NCBI GenBank assembly: GCA_964016885.1
Contig: OZ024742.1
Location: 306,156,001-306,220,000, forward strand
Direction of reading: 5' to 3'
Length of the DNA stretch: 64,000 nucleotides
Origin: Eledone cirrhosa
Taxonomy: Eukaryota
The notes beneath the pieces were generated by a model. The model was given only the letters and a program-made list of their open reading frames with translations. It was not told the origin of the DNA and searched no databases. How positions within the stretch are numbered: position 1 is the stretch's first letter; each line of letters starts with the position of its first letter. This document shows, piece after piece, positions 27,900 to 45,420 of the stretch. Made by a program: the position numbers and the translations under genes.

Positions 27900-28252
27900 G
27901 AATGAGTTTTTTTGTAATAAAAAAAATGAGATATCCTCCACGGTGGAAGTTTAAGGAAAAGAAATCGAAAATTCAACTGGAGTCTTTTGAAGAATATTTA
28001 TTTATTTCCTTTACCGGTTTTACAGTTCTTATGCTTTTCAAAAGTAGAATTGAATCGGAGGGTTTGTGGTTTATCAAACAGATGGGAGACAAACCACACA
28101 CCATCTATTTCAATCCTACTTTTGAAAAGCATAAAAACTGTAAAACCGGTAAAGGAAATAAATATATATATATATATATATAACCGGTAAAGGAAATAAA
28201 TAAATAATAATATATATATATATATATAACCGGTAAAGGAAATAAATAAATA
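27900..28252. mobile_element. Fold-back and stuttered 3' fragments of a family carrying an HHR right half ((G/A)AAA-ccgg-TA-aag)
   Basis: Inverted arms at about 27998-28075 and 28090-28165. aaccggtaaaggaaataaata recurs at 28182 and 28228. Homologs with GAAA lie at 5110-5225 and 5860-5930. Confidence 0.7.
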
Positions 28253-28262
28253 TATGTGTGTG

Positions 28263-28535
<273 letters not shown>

Positions 28536-28537
28536 AT

Positions 28538-28880
28538 GGAGGCACATGGCTTAATGGTTAGAGCATTGGCCTCGCAATCGAAAGGTTGTGAGTTCAATTC
28601 TCAGACTGGGTGATGTGTTGTTTCCTTGAGCAAGACACTTTATTTCACATTGCTCCAGTTTACTCAGCTGTAGAAATGAGTTGATAGGGACTGGAGACCC
28701 TATCATTCCACTGCAAAGTGGTCGTGGAGGTGGCAGCGCAAAAAAGCACCCAGCACTCACTGTAAATGAGGTTGGTGTTAGGAGGGCATCCAGCTGTAGA
28801 AATCAAGCCAGAATCAGTTCCCGTCTCACCCTTGCAAGCAGGGAAAAGCGGACGTAAAATGAAATGATGATGATGATGAT
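28538..28880 (+). mobile_element. tRNA-derived SINE with (GAT)n tail
   Basis: A-box tggcttaatggt, B-box gagttcaattc, conserved body gtttccttgagcaagacacttt, and a gatgatgatgat tail. Confidence 0.85.
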
Positions 28881-28886
28881 ATATAT

Positions 28887-29903
28887 AGGTCGCTTTTTTC
28901 TCTCTCTCGTCTATGATTTCCCAGAACTTACGTTCACCGAATTTACAGACTAGATCCCTTCTTCCTCCCGTTAGACCTGTACGGAATTCCTTCCTTGCTC
29001 ACATTCCAACCAGGTTTGATGGTCTTTATTCTCTCTCGTTCACGATTTCACCGAACTTATATTCATGGAAATTTGGGACTTGACTCCTTCTTCCTCACTT
29101 TTCGTTGCTTCACCATCATTGTTTGTTTACACTTTGTGTCCCCTTTATTTACGTGTCCCAACGACTTTTTTTAGCCGTTGCTCGCACCAACCGTAGGCAT
29201 ATGGTCTTTAAAGCGATGAAATACCAATGATGGTTGGAAAATCACTGATGAAGGACTAACTTTATTCATATGTAACCCATTAGCAACCACGCAGCACGTT
29301 TAATCTCATATTTACACATATTCTTCCCCCCGGTGTGACCCGTTTATTTCGTTCTTACTGCTTCCTCTTTCTCTGTATCTTTTCCCTCTCTAACAGTCAC
29401 TCTCTCTATTAGCCTCTTCCTCACCCTTCACTCACTCACTCTCTGTTACTACCTCTCCTCCTCCTCCTTCTTCCCGTTTGACCTGTGCGTAATTCTTTTC
29501 TTTCGCACCCTTGGTCAGGTAGGTCGCTTTTTTCTCTCTCTCGTCTACGATTTCACAGAACTTACGTTCACCGAATTCACAGACTAGATCCCTTCTTCCT
29601 CCCGTTAGACCTGTACGGAATTCCTTCCTTGTTCACATTCCAACCAGGTTTGATGGTCTTTATTCTCTCTCGTTCACGATTTCACCGAACTCATATTTAT
29701 GGAAATTTGGGACTTGACTCATTCTTCCTCACTTTTCGTTGCTTCACCATCTTTGTTTATTTATACTCGTGTTCCCTTTATTTACGTGTCCCAACGACTT
29801 TTTTTAACCGTTGCTCGCACCAACCGGAGGTATATGATCTTTAAAGCGATGAAATACCAATGATGGTTGGAAGATCACTGATGAAGGACTAACTTTATTC
29901 ATA
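28887..29903 (+). repeat. Partial tandem (period about 634 bp) non-coding element, pLTR-like
   Basis: 28887-29270 recurs at 29521-29903. Both copies end shortly after cactgatgaagga, and the element is TA-flanked. Confidence 0.8.
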
Positions 29904-29926
29904 TATATATATATATATATATATAT

Positions 29927-30972
29927 CTAAGGCGGGTAAAATTCCCGAGATCCATGGACGAGTTCTCTCCAGCGGTCTCTGTCCCTCATTATCGCTGCCA
30001 TGTCCTGCGTCTCCAACAAACCAGTGTCTGTCATTAGGGCATCAACATACGTTAACCTTGGTCTTCCTCTTCTAGTGTGTCCATGTAGCGGCTCCCAAAG
30101 GAGCACTGAGTGCAATGTCAACTCTGGATGTCGGTGAGCATGTCCAGCTAACCTCAGTCTCCTCTGTGTCACTTTTGAGCTGACCTTTGGGATGCTCCCA
30201 TACAGCTCTGAGTTTTTCATCCTCAGTTTATACTGATTAATGTTCAGAGCCATCCTCAGCATTCTTGTGTAGCACCCATCCACCATCTGAGTGAGTTTCT
30301 TGGTCAGTGTCCAAGTCTCAGACCCATACAGCAGCACAGACTCCACTACAGCAATGAACAGGCGGACTTTCAGGCCTCTACAAAGGTCCGACTTCCACAC
30401 CGATCACAAGCTGTGGCACGCTGCCCAGGCCTTGCTCTTCCTCTCAACCACATCATCTTCCGTATTCCCAATCTTTGCTCCCAAATACAGGGAGTCCTCA
30501 ACCAATTCCAGCGGCTTCCCGCCTACATTAGTGATCCCCTCTGGCTTCTCAACATTCTCTACCAGATATTTTGTTTTAGTCTCATTCATTCTCAGCCCCA
30601 CACTCATCGACACAGTCCCAACCTCCCGCATCAAATCCTCTGCCTCCTTCACTGTATTTGTCACCAAAACTATGTCGTCGGCAAATTCAGCATCCGATAC
30701 CTCTTTCGCCCTAACTCTCCTGCTCTGAGCCGGTGCTACAGTAAAGCCAGAGTCCTGGTGTTTCTCCAGTGCAAGGCGCATACAATAGTCCACTACGATG
30801 ATAAAAAGGTAGGGAGCCAATGTATCTCCCTGGAGCACTCCAGCCAGTATCTCAAAGAACTCTGTCATCCCATCAGGTGTAATGACTTGGGCTTTGGTGT
30901 TGGTGTAGAGCAGTGATATCAGGTCCACTATCTTCTTGGGGATTCCATAAGCCTGTAAGATCTTCATCAGGC
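29927..30972 (-). pseudogene. 5'-truncated RTE-like LINE reverse transcriptase
   Basis: GVLQGDTLAPYLFIIVVD, EFADDIVL, YLGA, VLLYGSETWTL, RRLRLAGH, GRPRLTY, DRDRWR. There is one in-frame TGA at about 30404, and the element ends at (TA)n. Confidence 0.92.
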
Positions 30973-31405
30973 AGTAACAGTATATATATATATATATATA
31001 TCTGAGATAACATAACAGAGAATATACGCCGTAAACACAATGGACTGGAAAGCACCTCCAGACGTACAATTAAAACAATTACATACATGTTACCTCGACA
31101 GAGTCTTAATATATGGATTATGTCCAAAGAACCTATATGAAGTTTATTGTAATCGTACGTCTTCGGTGGTCTTTAATTTAGTTACGTTTACATATATATA
31201 TATAATGTTCAAATTACGGAAAGACATAGAGAGAGAGGAAGAGAGAGTGTGAGTGAGAGAGAGGGGATAGGGGTTGGTTATATTATAAAGCGTTACATGT
31301 ACACGCACAAGCTCACGAAACGCCCACACAAACATACACACAATCAGATGCATTCTATTTATCTCATTCACTCTCTCTCTCTCACACACACACAGGTGTG
31401 TGTGT

Positions 31406-31517
<112 letters not shown>

Positions 31518-31544
31518 ATTCGATTCGGATATTTATACACCGAG

Positions 31545-32060
31545 ATGGAAGTTGATGAGGGATTACTATCTGTCATCAAGCATTTCACCAACCTTTTCGC
31601 TGCAGCTACCACACAGAGGTAAGGAACCTGTCATTCCTGACCAAAGGAAGGTGGTGGGCCGATCTTCAGGATGGACTCGGCCATTATCCAGATATGTTCT
31701 ACACAAGTCATAGTGCACGGACACTGGAGGATTGCATTCTAAACGGTTTGGTCGCTTGGCGCACATCTCCGAAAGGTCTGTTTCACCGGACTTCCATGCC
31801 TGTAGATTTTATCTCGAGCCGGTAGTTTCCCCGTTAGCAATGCCAAGCGAGGGATTTCTGCAAATTATCCAGAGTCCCCGGCTCAAAATTCCTCCGGAAC
31901 ACACTGGTCAGTTCGATTTTGTCGACGTCGAGAGTCTCTCCGTACGCGTCGCTGCACTTGCCCATCACTAATTCTCTATATAACTCTAGAGTGGAATTTC
32001 CACTGAATGCATTGTCCGCCTGGTTGTGGGACTGAGCTTCAATGACATTTTTTAATTTGC
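31545..32060 (-). pseudogene. Decayed Tx1-like ORF2 C-terminus
   Basis: FEPGTLDNLQKSLAWHC*RG..ILQCP..AESILKIGPPPSF..YLCVVAAAK is homologous to 11910-12300. Confidence 0.75.
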
Positions 32061-33432
32061 AACTCATATCTCAATACAATAATGTTTACTTTCGGCTGAA
32101 TCTTTTATATATCATCTTATTTTCAGTCACTCCTTCTTAAATCGGAGTTCTGTTGACTGCTCTCAGTTCTTGTTTGTGCGGAATCAACTCTTATTGAACA
32201 GTACTGCTTGTACTGTCTCTAAACATCATTTCTATTTAATTTACACACAGTTTTGGTGATGAGTATAGTTTTTATTTCTTATTGTTTACATGTAATAAAC
32301 ATTGTCACACTGCCGATAGTTCTCCGTAGTTTAGTGATAGCTTTTTCTATTTTTGAAATATAGGATGGCATCTTTTGTGTTATTTTGCTTCTGTTAACAT
32401 TTCTATTATGACGAAGTTAATGCTTCATTGTCATTCCTACGGCATATAGACAGACGTTAACTTTCTAAAATGTAGGCTTTTAATTTGTCATAAATATTCA
32501 CCTGTAACGTCGTCGATAGGAAGCAGAATTTCATTATGTGTTTACTTGTTTAATATTGACGTTTTATGTCTATGTTTGCGAGAAAGTTTCATACACAAAT
32601 GAATGTTTGTTTAGAAAATTTCGCTAAGGGTGCATTTTTCCCAGATAATTTTAAACTTATTATCAGTGTCGGCAATTTTATGTTGGTGTTTAATGAGACT
32701 GCGTGATATAACAGTCATGGTATAGTCTGTTGTGACAAGTGTTGTCAAGTTATTTACCGGTATAGTTGTTTCAAGTGACTGTATGTATATTACTGTTGCT
32801 TTTGATTGATGGTCGTACTAGCTACAAGAAAACCTAGTAACATAGTGTTCTGTCGTGACTCATGTTGATTGCATGTCCGATATTAGAGACTGATCTCTTA
32901 GTGTTGTTATTTTTAGAAGTTTCACACTTTCATTGTCGTTTTGAAAAGTGTTCATATTATTTTTACACTCGACTAACGTTGCTTTTTGGCGTAATTGTCT
33001 GGCTCTGAAGTGATTTAGTTCTGCATGCATTTCGTCCCGGTGTTGGCTACATAAACACAATGAAGCTTCATTGTGTTAATGTAGCCAACAGAGGGATCTG
33101 TTTTGCTATTTTATATCAATTAAATATTGAGTTTATAGCACCAAGAAAAATTCGATATATAGCTTCGCTTTCTTTTGTAACTACTATGAAAATATTCTTT
33201 TTTTTCTTCGATTCAGTGTTGTAGATGTTGAGGTGTAGAGTCATGTTGTTTTTAGAAAACACTTGTAAAATCAATCTAGTACTTAGATGGATATCTCTAA
33301 ATTTTGTTGAAAAAGTATCTACATAGAATATCATAAGAAGAATATCCAATTATTCAACAGTAGTTGGTAGTTGTGGCATTGACGTTGGAGATAGTATTCA
33401 TATTAAATCTAAGGAATAGTCTCCCACGCCAT
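32060..33432 (-). mobile_element. Decayed R4/Dong-like LINE 5' portion (copy 2)
   Basis: HRDEMHAELNHFRARQLRQKATLVECK and the 5' end tgg(c/t)gtgggagactattc are shared with 45420-46715. Confidence 0.7.
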
Positions 33433-33799
33433 ATGTATGTATGTATGTGTGTATGTGTGTGTACAACGTACTGTTGACGTTAACGTGTGGCTATATAATA
33501 TTGATCGTGTTAGCGTATTAAACGGCTCCGTCAAAATAAAGTTCATCTCAATCACATTGTTTATTCACATCATCTAATATATCAATAATGTCTATATTTA
33601 CTGTTTAACTCTTGAGAAATGTAAGTATAAGACGTCTACAGACGTGACAGTAATATATCTGAAGGGAAAAACAATGATTTTTCATATTAATTTATTTATG
33701 TATTTATTTGCTTTTATTTTAGTCTAGTGGGAACGTAAATACACTCAACTGTTTGTGTCAGATGTGTGGATGGTGTGTGTAAAGAAATCATCGATTCAG

Positions 33800-34600
33800 T
33801 TGTAATATCCAGCTCGGAGATATCTTATCACTGTTGTATCATTAATGTCTTTGGTAAAAGCCATTAACATCAAATCTTCTTTTATCTTCTAGTTCAAAAA
33901 TCACAATATAGAGCTAAGTTTTCGGCCAAGTAGACTTCAGGTGTGCAGTAAATGATGCAGTACATCACACTATTGATCTGACTGAAAAATAACAATAAAT
34001 GAACCTTCGTCGGTTAGGACGATGCGTGTTCCAGTTATTCGGTCAAAGGAATGGCCTAATCATTAAATTCCTATGTATGTGCCTGAGTATTCCACAGATA
34101 TGTGCACTGGTATATAATGTGATGAAACTGACCTTTATAATTAAAAGAACAAATCATGTGATGGGATTCCAATCGGGTTTCGTTTATCAAATTTCACTCA
34201 ACAGACGTTGGCCCCTTCCAGGAAAATGAAACCCTCGAAAGACACCATGCATTGCAACCAAAAAATGAAAAATTATGATTGCAGATCAAACTTCATAAAC
34301 TGCTGCTTTCTCGAAAAGTGGCAATTTCCTTCGCGATTTTGAAAAAACCTGCCCATTCACTTTGGTTCCTGTTCTTAGTGAATTCTTAGAAGTTCATGTC
34401 TCCAGGAAAGCCAAGCACAAGGAAGGTATTCAGGAGTGGCGACATTGTGAGCGGGAAAGGCTGGGTGTAGTGGTATGTGTGGATGTTGATGTATGGACAT
34501 TATGTCAGTTATGATTTTTAAAGAGACAAATGAGTTGTGAGTAAGTATGTGGAAGCAGTACAAGGCCATCAATCTCCGAGGGGCAAAAGTCACCGTAGAA
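33800..34600 (-). pseudogene. Possible highly decayed CR1/L2-type APE endonuclease remnant
   Basis: Scattered motif echoes in the expected order across many frameshifts: LAFLET*, RITGTRIVLTD, YCIIYCT, RRFDVNGF. Confidence 0.3.
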
Positions 34601-35595
34601 GAACATTCGCCAGGATATTTGTGAGCATGTGGTCAGATTACATTGCTAAACAATTTCATGCCATTCAATATGGTAACATTTTAGATTCCACCCTACAATG
34701 TTTGTGTATGTGCAGCAGCAGCAGCATTCTAGCTGTTTGTACTGTATTCCTTTATAAATAGCACTTGTGTTTATAGGGTGTTATTTGTTTGTAGGGAGTG
34801 GTGATTTCACACTAGGCTCGTATATATAAATGGTTCTGTGTTTCTTAGATTAAAGTGGGAGAGATTTGGAAATTGAACTCGTTAGGAAATTTACTTAGTA
34901 ATTTATACGTACCAAGTAACGTGTATAAAGAGAGAGAGGGGTGTTTGAAGTGTGATATTGTGGAGAAACAGTATATCTTACCAGTGGTGGCAAACATATC
35001 TCGTAATATACACTCATGACTCTTCACGACCAGACCAAGTTCCATTCCTCCCATTGCCGTCTATGTCATTTCCATTTTTGGGTTATGTCAATAAAATATT
35101 CACCAATTTGCCGATGTCGAACACCTTCGCGAAAATGTCTACTTTATCTTCAATGATCGTGAGAATTTATTTTGGACTACAACAACGAATACACCAGCAG
35201 CAACAAATACACAGCCTATATAGCAATTGTCATCGTATTAGACAATCCATGAATAACCAAAACAAAAATCTTCATATCATTTATGAAATTTATCTTAATA
35301 AAGCCATTAACGAAAAGATTATCTCCCCTACCAACTGAGAAATCTTCCTATGGGAATAATATGTTATGAAAATATACACACAAGAATATGTATGCATATA
35401 TAAATATATATATAGGCACACATACACAAAAATATATATGTATATATACAGAGAGTGACTGTGCTACGGGGACCGGGAAGACTACAAATCTGTGTAGAAT
35501 TCGATATATGGTACGATGTAGTGTGAGTATGTTAATGTGTTTGTGTGTGTGATTGTGTGCGTTTGTGTGTGTGTATGTGTGTGTGCATGCGTGCG

Positions 35596-35632
<37 letters not shown>

Positions 35633-35633
35633 A

Positions 35634-35665
<32 letters not shown>

Positions 35666-35666
35666 T

Positions 35667-35710
<44 letters not shown>

Positions 35711-35781
35711 TGTAAACGAAAAACAACAGAAAAGACAATGAAGTTCAATGAAGATATATATTAGTTTCACGCTATAATTAC

Positions 35782-35866
<85 letters not shown>

Positions 35867-36055
35867 GCACACACATGGGTATAAATGTCCTACGTATTTG
35901 TATCGCTGCAAAGTTATTTATTATAAATTGTTCTTTTTTGTATTTGTCTTCATATTCTTAAAAGTTTTTTTTTAAGATCAATGTTGTATATTTGTATTTA
36001 AGTATTTTTTCAAATTTGCTAAACACATTCGTACGTATATATATATATACCTACA

Positions 36056-36211
<156 letters not shown>

Positions 36212-36348
36212 TATATTTATATATATATACATATATATATACCTACATATATATATATATATACACGCACACACGCATATATGTATATATATATATATAT
36301 GCGTGTGTGCGTGTGTATGTACAAATATTTTTATTTCTATACATGTTA

Positions 36349-36423
<75 letters not shown>

Positions 36424-36999
36424 AGTATATGTTTACACACATATACATATATGTACAAATCTGGCAAGGCGTCAGTGTGGACCTCGATATATGACGATAT
36501 TCTAACTATCAATAATATATTTGTTGTAGACTTTTTATTTCAAATGTCTATTTTAAATATATTGTCGTTATTTATTCCTCTTTTATTCCCTCCCTGTTTA
36601 ATCACAAGAGAAATGAAAGCACACCAGACGTATCTAATTTCTCTCTAATAGTCTGTATACTACACATATTATATGTCTCTCTCACTTGGTTTATGTCTTT
36701 TTAAAATTCCTAATGATTTCTCTCTAAATATATATTATCAGTTAACTAATTATTATCATCATTCCTATATAGGTTTTATAGTAACAAGTTTGTTAAAGAA
36801 AATGTTGTAGTCGACCTTTTGGCTGCAAGAATTGCCCTTCACCAATAGTTTGTCGCTAAACAACTTGTCTGCGTTGTAAGTTGTAAGCCGCGTATTGAAA
36901 AATACAAATGGAACAAAAAATAATTAATATCAAGAAAAATAATTTATATCGTCGGAAAACATTTTTACAATAATGAAGCTATAATGATAATAATAATGA

Positions 37000-37350
37000 C
37001 GTACAAGAGCAGGCGTTCCAATTTGGTGAGGTGCAATGTGGGGCAAGGTATGTCGGTCAGTCGATAATAGATAACCGACGCGATGTACTCGTTCACCACC
37101 TCCACCCGATATTTCAGGGAGAGCTTCTCTCGGCATATTTATGAATTAGTGTGACCTTAGTGCTCGTTACCTAATCCCAGTTTTTGTCCATCTAGATGTC
37201 TCGTCCGAAGCAGACTCCGGGTAACGCCACTGATACCTCCGTCCAGAATCCGATGACGCTTTCGCACACATGCATTTGCGGGATCTTAAATGTGTCCGAA
37301 GGGTAGCCATTTATGAACAAATGCCGCTGTGCACTGTAGCGCTCCAGCCT
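37000..37350 (-). pseudogene. Tx1/L1-like ORF2 fragment (post-RT region)
   Basis: LPGVCFG..MDKNWD*V..ERKLSLKYRVEVVNEYIASVIYYRLTDIPCP. Confidence 0.7.
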
Positions 37351-38610
37351 CTGAAGACCTCAATACTTAGACATTTGTAAATCTATAAACTTTATAGTAC
37401 CTGTGTAAATATATAAGATTTATATGGCCAGTGTATTATACATATGGCATGTCTAAATCTGTATAATTCCTATGACTTGTGTGAATCTATATAACTTATA
37501 GAAACATATCATGTGTTACATTTGAGATCACTTTGAGTGTGATGGTAAAAATGAGAGGTTTCTGCTATGCAAGGTAATGCGGATTACCTAATTTTCTTTT
37601 GTCTGTTCGCACCCAGATGTAGATTGGTGTAAAATATTTATAGACGGAACGATAGATTTTGTATATTTTGGGTTTCCTAATCTTATATTAAATCTCATGA
37701 AATTCCGATTGATTAGTGTTAACTACTGTTGCATATCTCATCTAAATGTTGCTATTTCTATGGGTATATTAAAATGAATAATACTTTAATTATTCTTTTT
37801 TTTTAGGGGGGGGGGGGGGGGGGGGGGGGGCTTCAGCAAAACCTATTTGCCTCTAAATTTCCAAGTAACAGTTAGCAAAATTAATTTAGAGAGTCTTATA
37901 CGTGAACGGGGTTAGATCAGTCATGCGGTCATGTTTTAGCGATTAATCCTAATCACTCATAAAAAGTTAATTAATATCTTATCCATTAATTAAGCTTTTG
38001 CCAAATTATGATTTTACCCAAGTACTCACATAGTATATAAAATTAAGTCGATGAATTTCACTTGAAAATTTACACATGATCTGTAACCAGAGTCTAAGTT
38101 ATTGGATATCTAAAGCAAATATATCATTTAAAGTTAATACAATATAGTTTAACCATATTAATTTAAATATTTTCGTACAATCTTTTGAATTAAATTATTT
38201 CATTAAAGACACTCCTAATTATAAGCAATACGCCTATGCCTTCGATGGTTTCAAGAAAGTAAGGTTTAATACTAGGTGTAATGCACTGGCGTTTACAAAA
38301 ACGATATACTATCAAATTCAAATAAAAGATCTATTTTCAAGCAATGAGTAATACTTACTTTCGTTTCATTTATTATAATATTGAAAGAAATATATATACG
38401 TCGCATTCCAATTATAGATTTATTATTCTACGCACACATTTTTTTAAATAGCATTGTCGTTAAACAGGGGTTACTCCTCATACAAAGAGATTATATCATG
38501 AAGGAAATATTTCTAGAAATGTCAAACAAATGCTAAAATGATGATAGTCATTTCTCTTATTATTAGCAACAAATTATCATTGAATATTCATTACAAGCTG
38601 TTTAACAAAA

Positions 38611-38763
38611 TGTGATCTTATCAGCTTAATATCTGATACGGCCCTTATATAAGACCATCGATATTAAACGGATTTTTAGAACGATGTGAAGAGATAGGGA
38701 CTTGCTCTGTCCTTGCCATGGGTTGGCCTGGTAATGCAGTACTTCTAGGATTCAGCCCATCCC
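38611..38763 (+). pseudogene. U2: 5'-truncated U2 snRNA copy (lacks the first about 38 nt, including the branch-point recognition sequence)
   Basis: tcttatcagcttaatatctgatacg (stem IIa), Sm site ggatttttag, stem III loop cttgctc, and stem-loop IV cctggtaatgcagtacttctagga. Confidence 0.9.
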
Positions 38764-38928
38764 CCACCCGTTAGATAAAATTAATTTAAAAAAAAGCATA
38801 CACAATATTTAACTATATTTGCAGCATATAGCAATGTCACCGAAGTTTCGTTCATATAAAGTGTCCTTAATATTGGAATTTCTTAAAACCGATATATGAC
38901 CCTCAATGTGTATATATATTTTATGCTC

Positions 38929-39007
<79 letters not shown>

Positions 39008-40194
39008 ATGTATAATAAACAATACAATATAATTACCTCATTACCAGAGGTTTCCCGAATAAGACGAATACGAAAAACGTCCTCATTCGTTCGTCGCACA
39101 GGGCAATTTAAAACATAGTGAAATATTTGGAAAGTCTCCTAAAAAAATGCAAGAGTTTAACGGGCAAAAAATATATAAATAAATGTAATGCAAGAGATAT
39201 ATAAAAAAGAAAATAAGGAAATATAGTTAGGGTATGTGTATATGTATGTATATACACTCACAAATGTACATATGTGTGTATGTACAAATGCATGTGTATG
39301 GTGAAAATGTGTGCGTAAGTACATATATGAGGGCAAGTATATTTGTGTATATGTGACCACAAATACGTATATAATATGAGTTGAAAAAGAAATTGTAAGA
39401 TAATATAGTTAACACGCATCCAGATACAGGTATTAAATACACATACGAGTATGAAAGCACGCATATAAACACACACACATGAGCGATCATTTATATGCGG
39501 AAGATAAAGAGGGAAGGGAGTGTAATAGTAAAAAGAAGTGTCATTCTCGATATATGTATAAAAATGAAACAATATATGAGAATGAAAAAAAATTTTAAAT
39601 CAAAGAGAAAGTAATCAATTAACACTAGAGAAAAGAAAACAAACATATATATATAAACAAATATTTATACAGACAAATACGTACAGACAAAAGCGCATGC
39701 ATGCGTACATACGTACACATGAGACACGTATATATATATATATATATATCGCCACATGTATATCTATTCACACGTACGTACGCGACTATATATATATATA
39801 CATATATACATACACACCCATACATACATATACATATACACACATATACATACACATACATTCACCCGCATACACACACACGTATAAATAAGTATGTAAA
39901 AAACATAGATATAAAAACACACATACACACTCATATATATACGTACGCACGCACACATATCGAGGCGTTCGTATACATATACAGAACGTATATACACATA
40001 AGCAGACTCACACACATAGATACAGATTATAAACCAGCCGTATGAATTAATGACTACAAATATAAAATCGGCTCCGAAACAACAGAATATATCTGGAGTG
40101 GAAAACGCAAGTGACTCTGATATCAGGTAGTGAAAGAAAATGGGGGAGTGAAATGTGGAATGTGAAGATATTATATATATATATATATATATTA

Positions 40195-42262
<2,068 letters not shown>

Positions 42263-42305
42263 TAAACATAAAAACAATAATGCTCTGTACCCTTTCCTAG
42301 CGGGT

Positions 42306-42408
<103 letters not shown>

Positions 42409-42410
42409 CA

Positions 42411-43196
<786 letters not shown>

Positions 43197-43197
<1 letters not shown>

Positions 43198-45420
43198 GAC
43201 AAAAATTTTAAATACTCGATCTTTTGGACGAAGCTTAGATACCAACTCATTATATATCAATTAACTGCAACCTCTGCACAAAGGACACCCTATTAATAAT
43301 TACTAATTATGAAAACTTAATTAACCAAAAAAGTGAATTATTCTCAAACTGCCTTCATAAAGCTTTGTCTACATTCCAAGACCCGCAAAAAGTCAGGAAA
43401 AAACAGTAAACAATCAGGCCTGATATTTGACGTCTCTTATCAACTGTTGGTCATAAAAAGTCATAACGGTTTATAAAACTTCAATAATGCTTTATCTTCT
43501 AATAATTTATGATAGAATTAATGTTAGAATGAAGGACACTTGTTTGATAACTTGTTTACTTGATAAATATACATACAGATCTTTATTTATCTGTCTCTGT
43601 TTTAAATATATAGTTTGGATATTTAACTTGTAAATTTACTGATTATAATTGAACTGTAGATGATTCATGCGTTTGCATAGTTTATATATTTTACCCATTT
43701 TGAGTATGTTTTGGGGGACTCAGAAAGTTAGATTTGCATTTATGTTTTATGTATATATAGGTATAAATATAACAAACTATAATAGCCGACAAATATTGGT
43801 CTATCTCTCCACTGAACTGATAATGATTATAATTATTTTTTTTTTTATTAAATGTATACCGTTTCATTAATACCTATAATAATATCTCTATACAGTTGTA
43901 CAAATATCTTTATCTAGTGTAATAACATAATCGTAGTTACATTTATAAATAATTTAGACATTCAAATGACTATATATTGTTATAAGTGTTTGATATTCCC
44001 TGGATGATCGAACTTATAAAATGATTTACGTAATAAAATATAATTTAATTTAACTTATTTTATTTTATTTTATTTTATTTTAATTAAATTCTTATTACCT
44101 TCGGCTTTTTCAAATATTTAGTTCCTCTTTATATCACATTCGCTAAAATATTTTAGATGTATCTTTTGTATACTATATTAAAACCCTATTGCATTTATAA
44201 TATATTTTTAATATTGGCCACTTTAAGTTTCGCAAACAATTCATTTTCTTTTATTTGTAAATGTATTTTGTATCTAGCCCCTATCATTAGGACTCATATA
44301 GTTTTGACTTATATCTTTATAGTATATATCAACTAAATGAAAAGAATTGATATAAAACATTAATTCTTTAACAATATTTTAAACAACATTTTTTAACTAT
44401 ATATATTTTTGAACAATATTTTCAGTAACTTATTTACTGTATTGCATTATTGCATTATTGTATTATATTATATATATTTGAAAGGTATCACCTCAATTAT
44501 AAACAAAAAATAAACTATAATCTTTGTATTTTTTTATCAACACATATATAATTAAAAATTCGGACTTCTTTAAGTTTCGTTATAAGGCCGGTTGATACTT
44601 TAGGCACTCAAAATATTTAACAATAAATTCTTTAATAATTATAACTATAATTATTTTATGAATTATATTATATAAACTGTTGTCTATATTATAAATAATT
44701 TTGGTAAAGATTACCTTCGTGAAGATATAAAACCATTATATATATATTTTCTTTCTCGTGTTTCGTAAATCCTTTAAATTTGTTTTCATAAAATTTGAAT
44801 TTTAGAAATTAAACATAATTATAATATTAATACAAATACCTATTAACTTTTAAAACCTAAAATATTATTCATTACTCTGAAATAATTTAAATTAAATATT
44901 TTGAAAATTAACCGCCAAATATATTAATTTGGACATGTGTTGCATATATGGAAATCTGTGTATATAAACTTGAACATAATTTACTCCCCTTTGTCTCTCT
45001 CACTCTTTAATCATCTTTCATCTGTTTTTTGAAGCCACCTACTAAATATATTATCACATCAGCTGTTTCTTCCTCTATGCTTTCCTTTCCCTCCTCTTTC
45101 TCCAGCAGTTTTTGAAAATAAAAAATGTTATAATTGTTATATTGATGCCATGTATTTCTTAAGCTCTATTACACGCACCCTCTCTATTGTTTGTATTATG
45201 TTATCTCATGTTCTCAATATTAGGGTATAAATATTGAGTGTTGTCATAAGTTAATCACTACCATGACTGAATCTTAACCATCTACAATGTCAGGGTATAT
45301 CATGCATCATCTTATCTTATCTGATGAGGACGTACTGTTGAACTTAACTCAGTACCTCTAAAATATGTATAATAAAATATAATTGATCACAAGAATATCT
45401 ATTTTGCTAATATTTTGAAT
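43197..45420 (+). mobile_element. Severely 5'-truncated Penelope-like element (endonuclease C-terminus, 3' UTR and decayed HHR)
   Basis: KYSIFW..NCNLCTKDTLLIITNYENLINQKSELFSNCLHK, followed by an AT-rich UTR and an HHR at 45313-45379. Confidence 0.8.
45313..45379 (+). ncRNA. Decayed type I hammerhead (G12A)
   Basis: tatcttat-CTGATGA-ggacgtactg..cagtacctct-AAAA-tatgta-TA-ataaaata, the same scaffold as 2382 and 23642. Confidence 0.7.

Noticed and set aside
30404-30406. In-frame TGA in the RTE RT as possible selenocysteine or readthrough
   Set aside because: It is best explained as CGA-to-TGA decay in a truncated copy. It is not a Cys position and no SECIS is evident.
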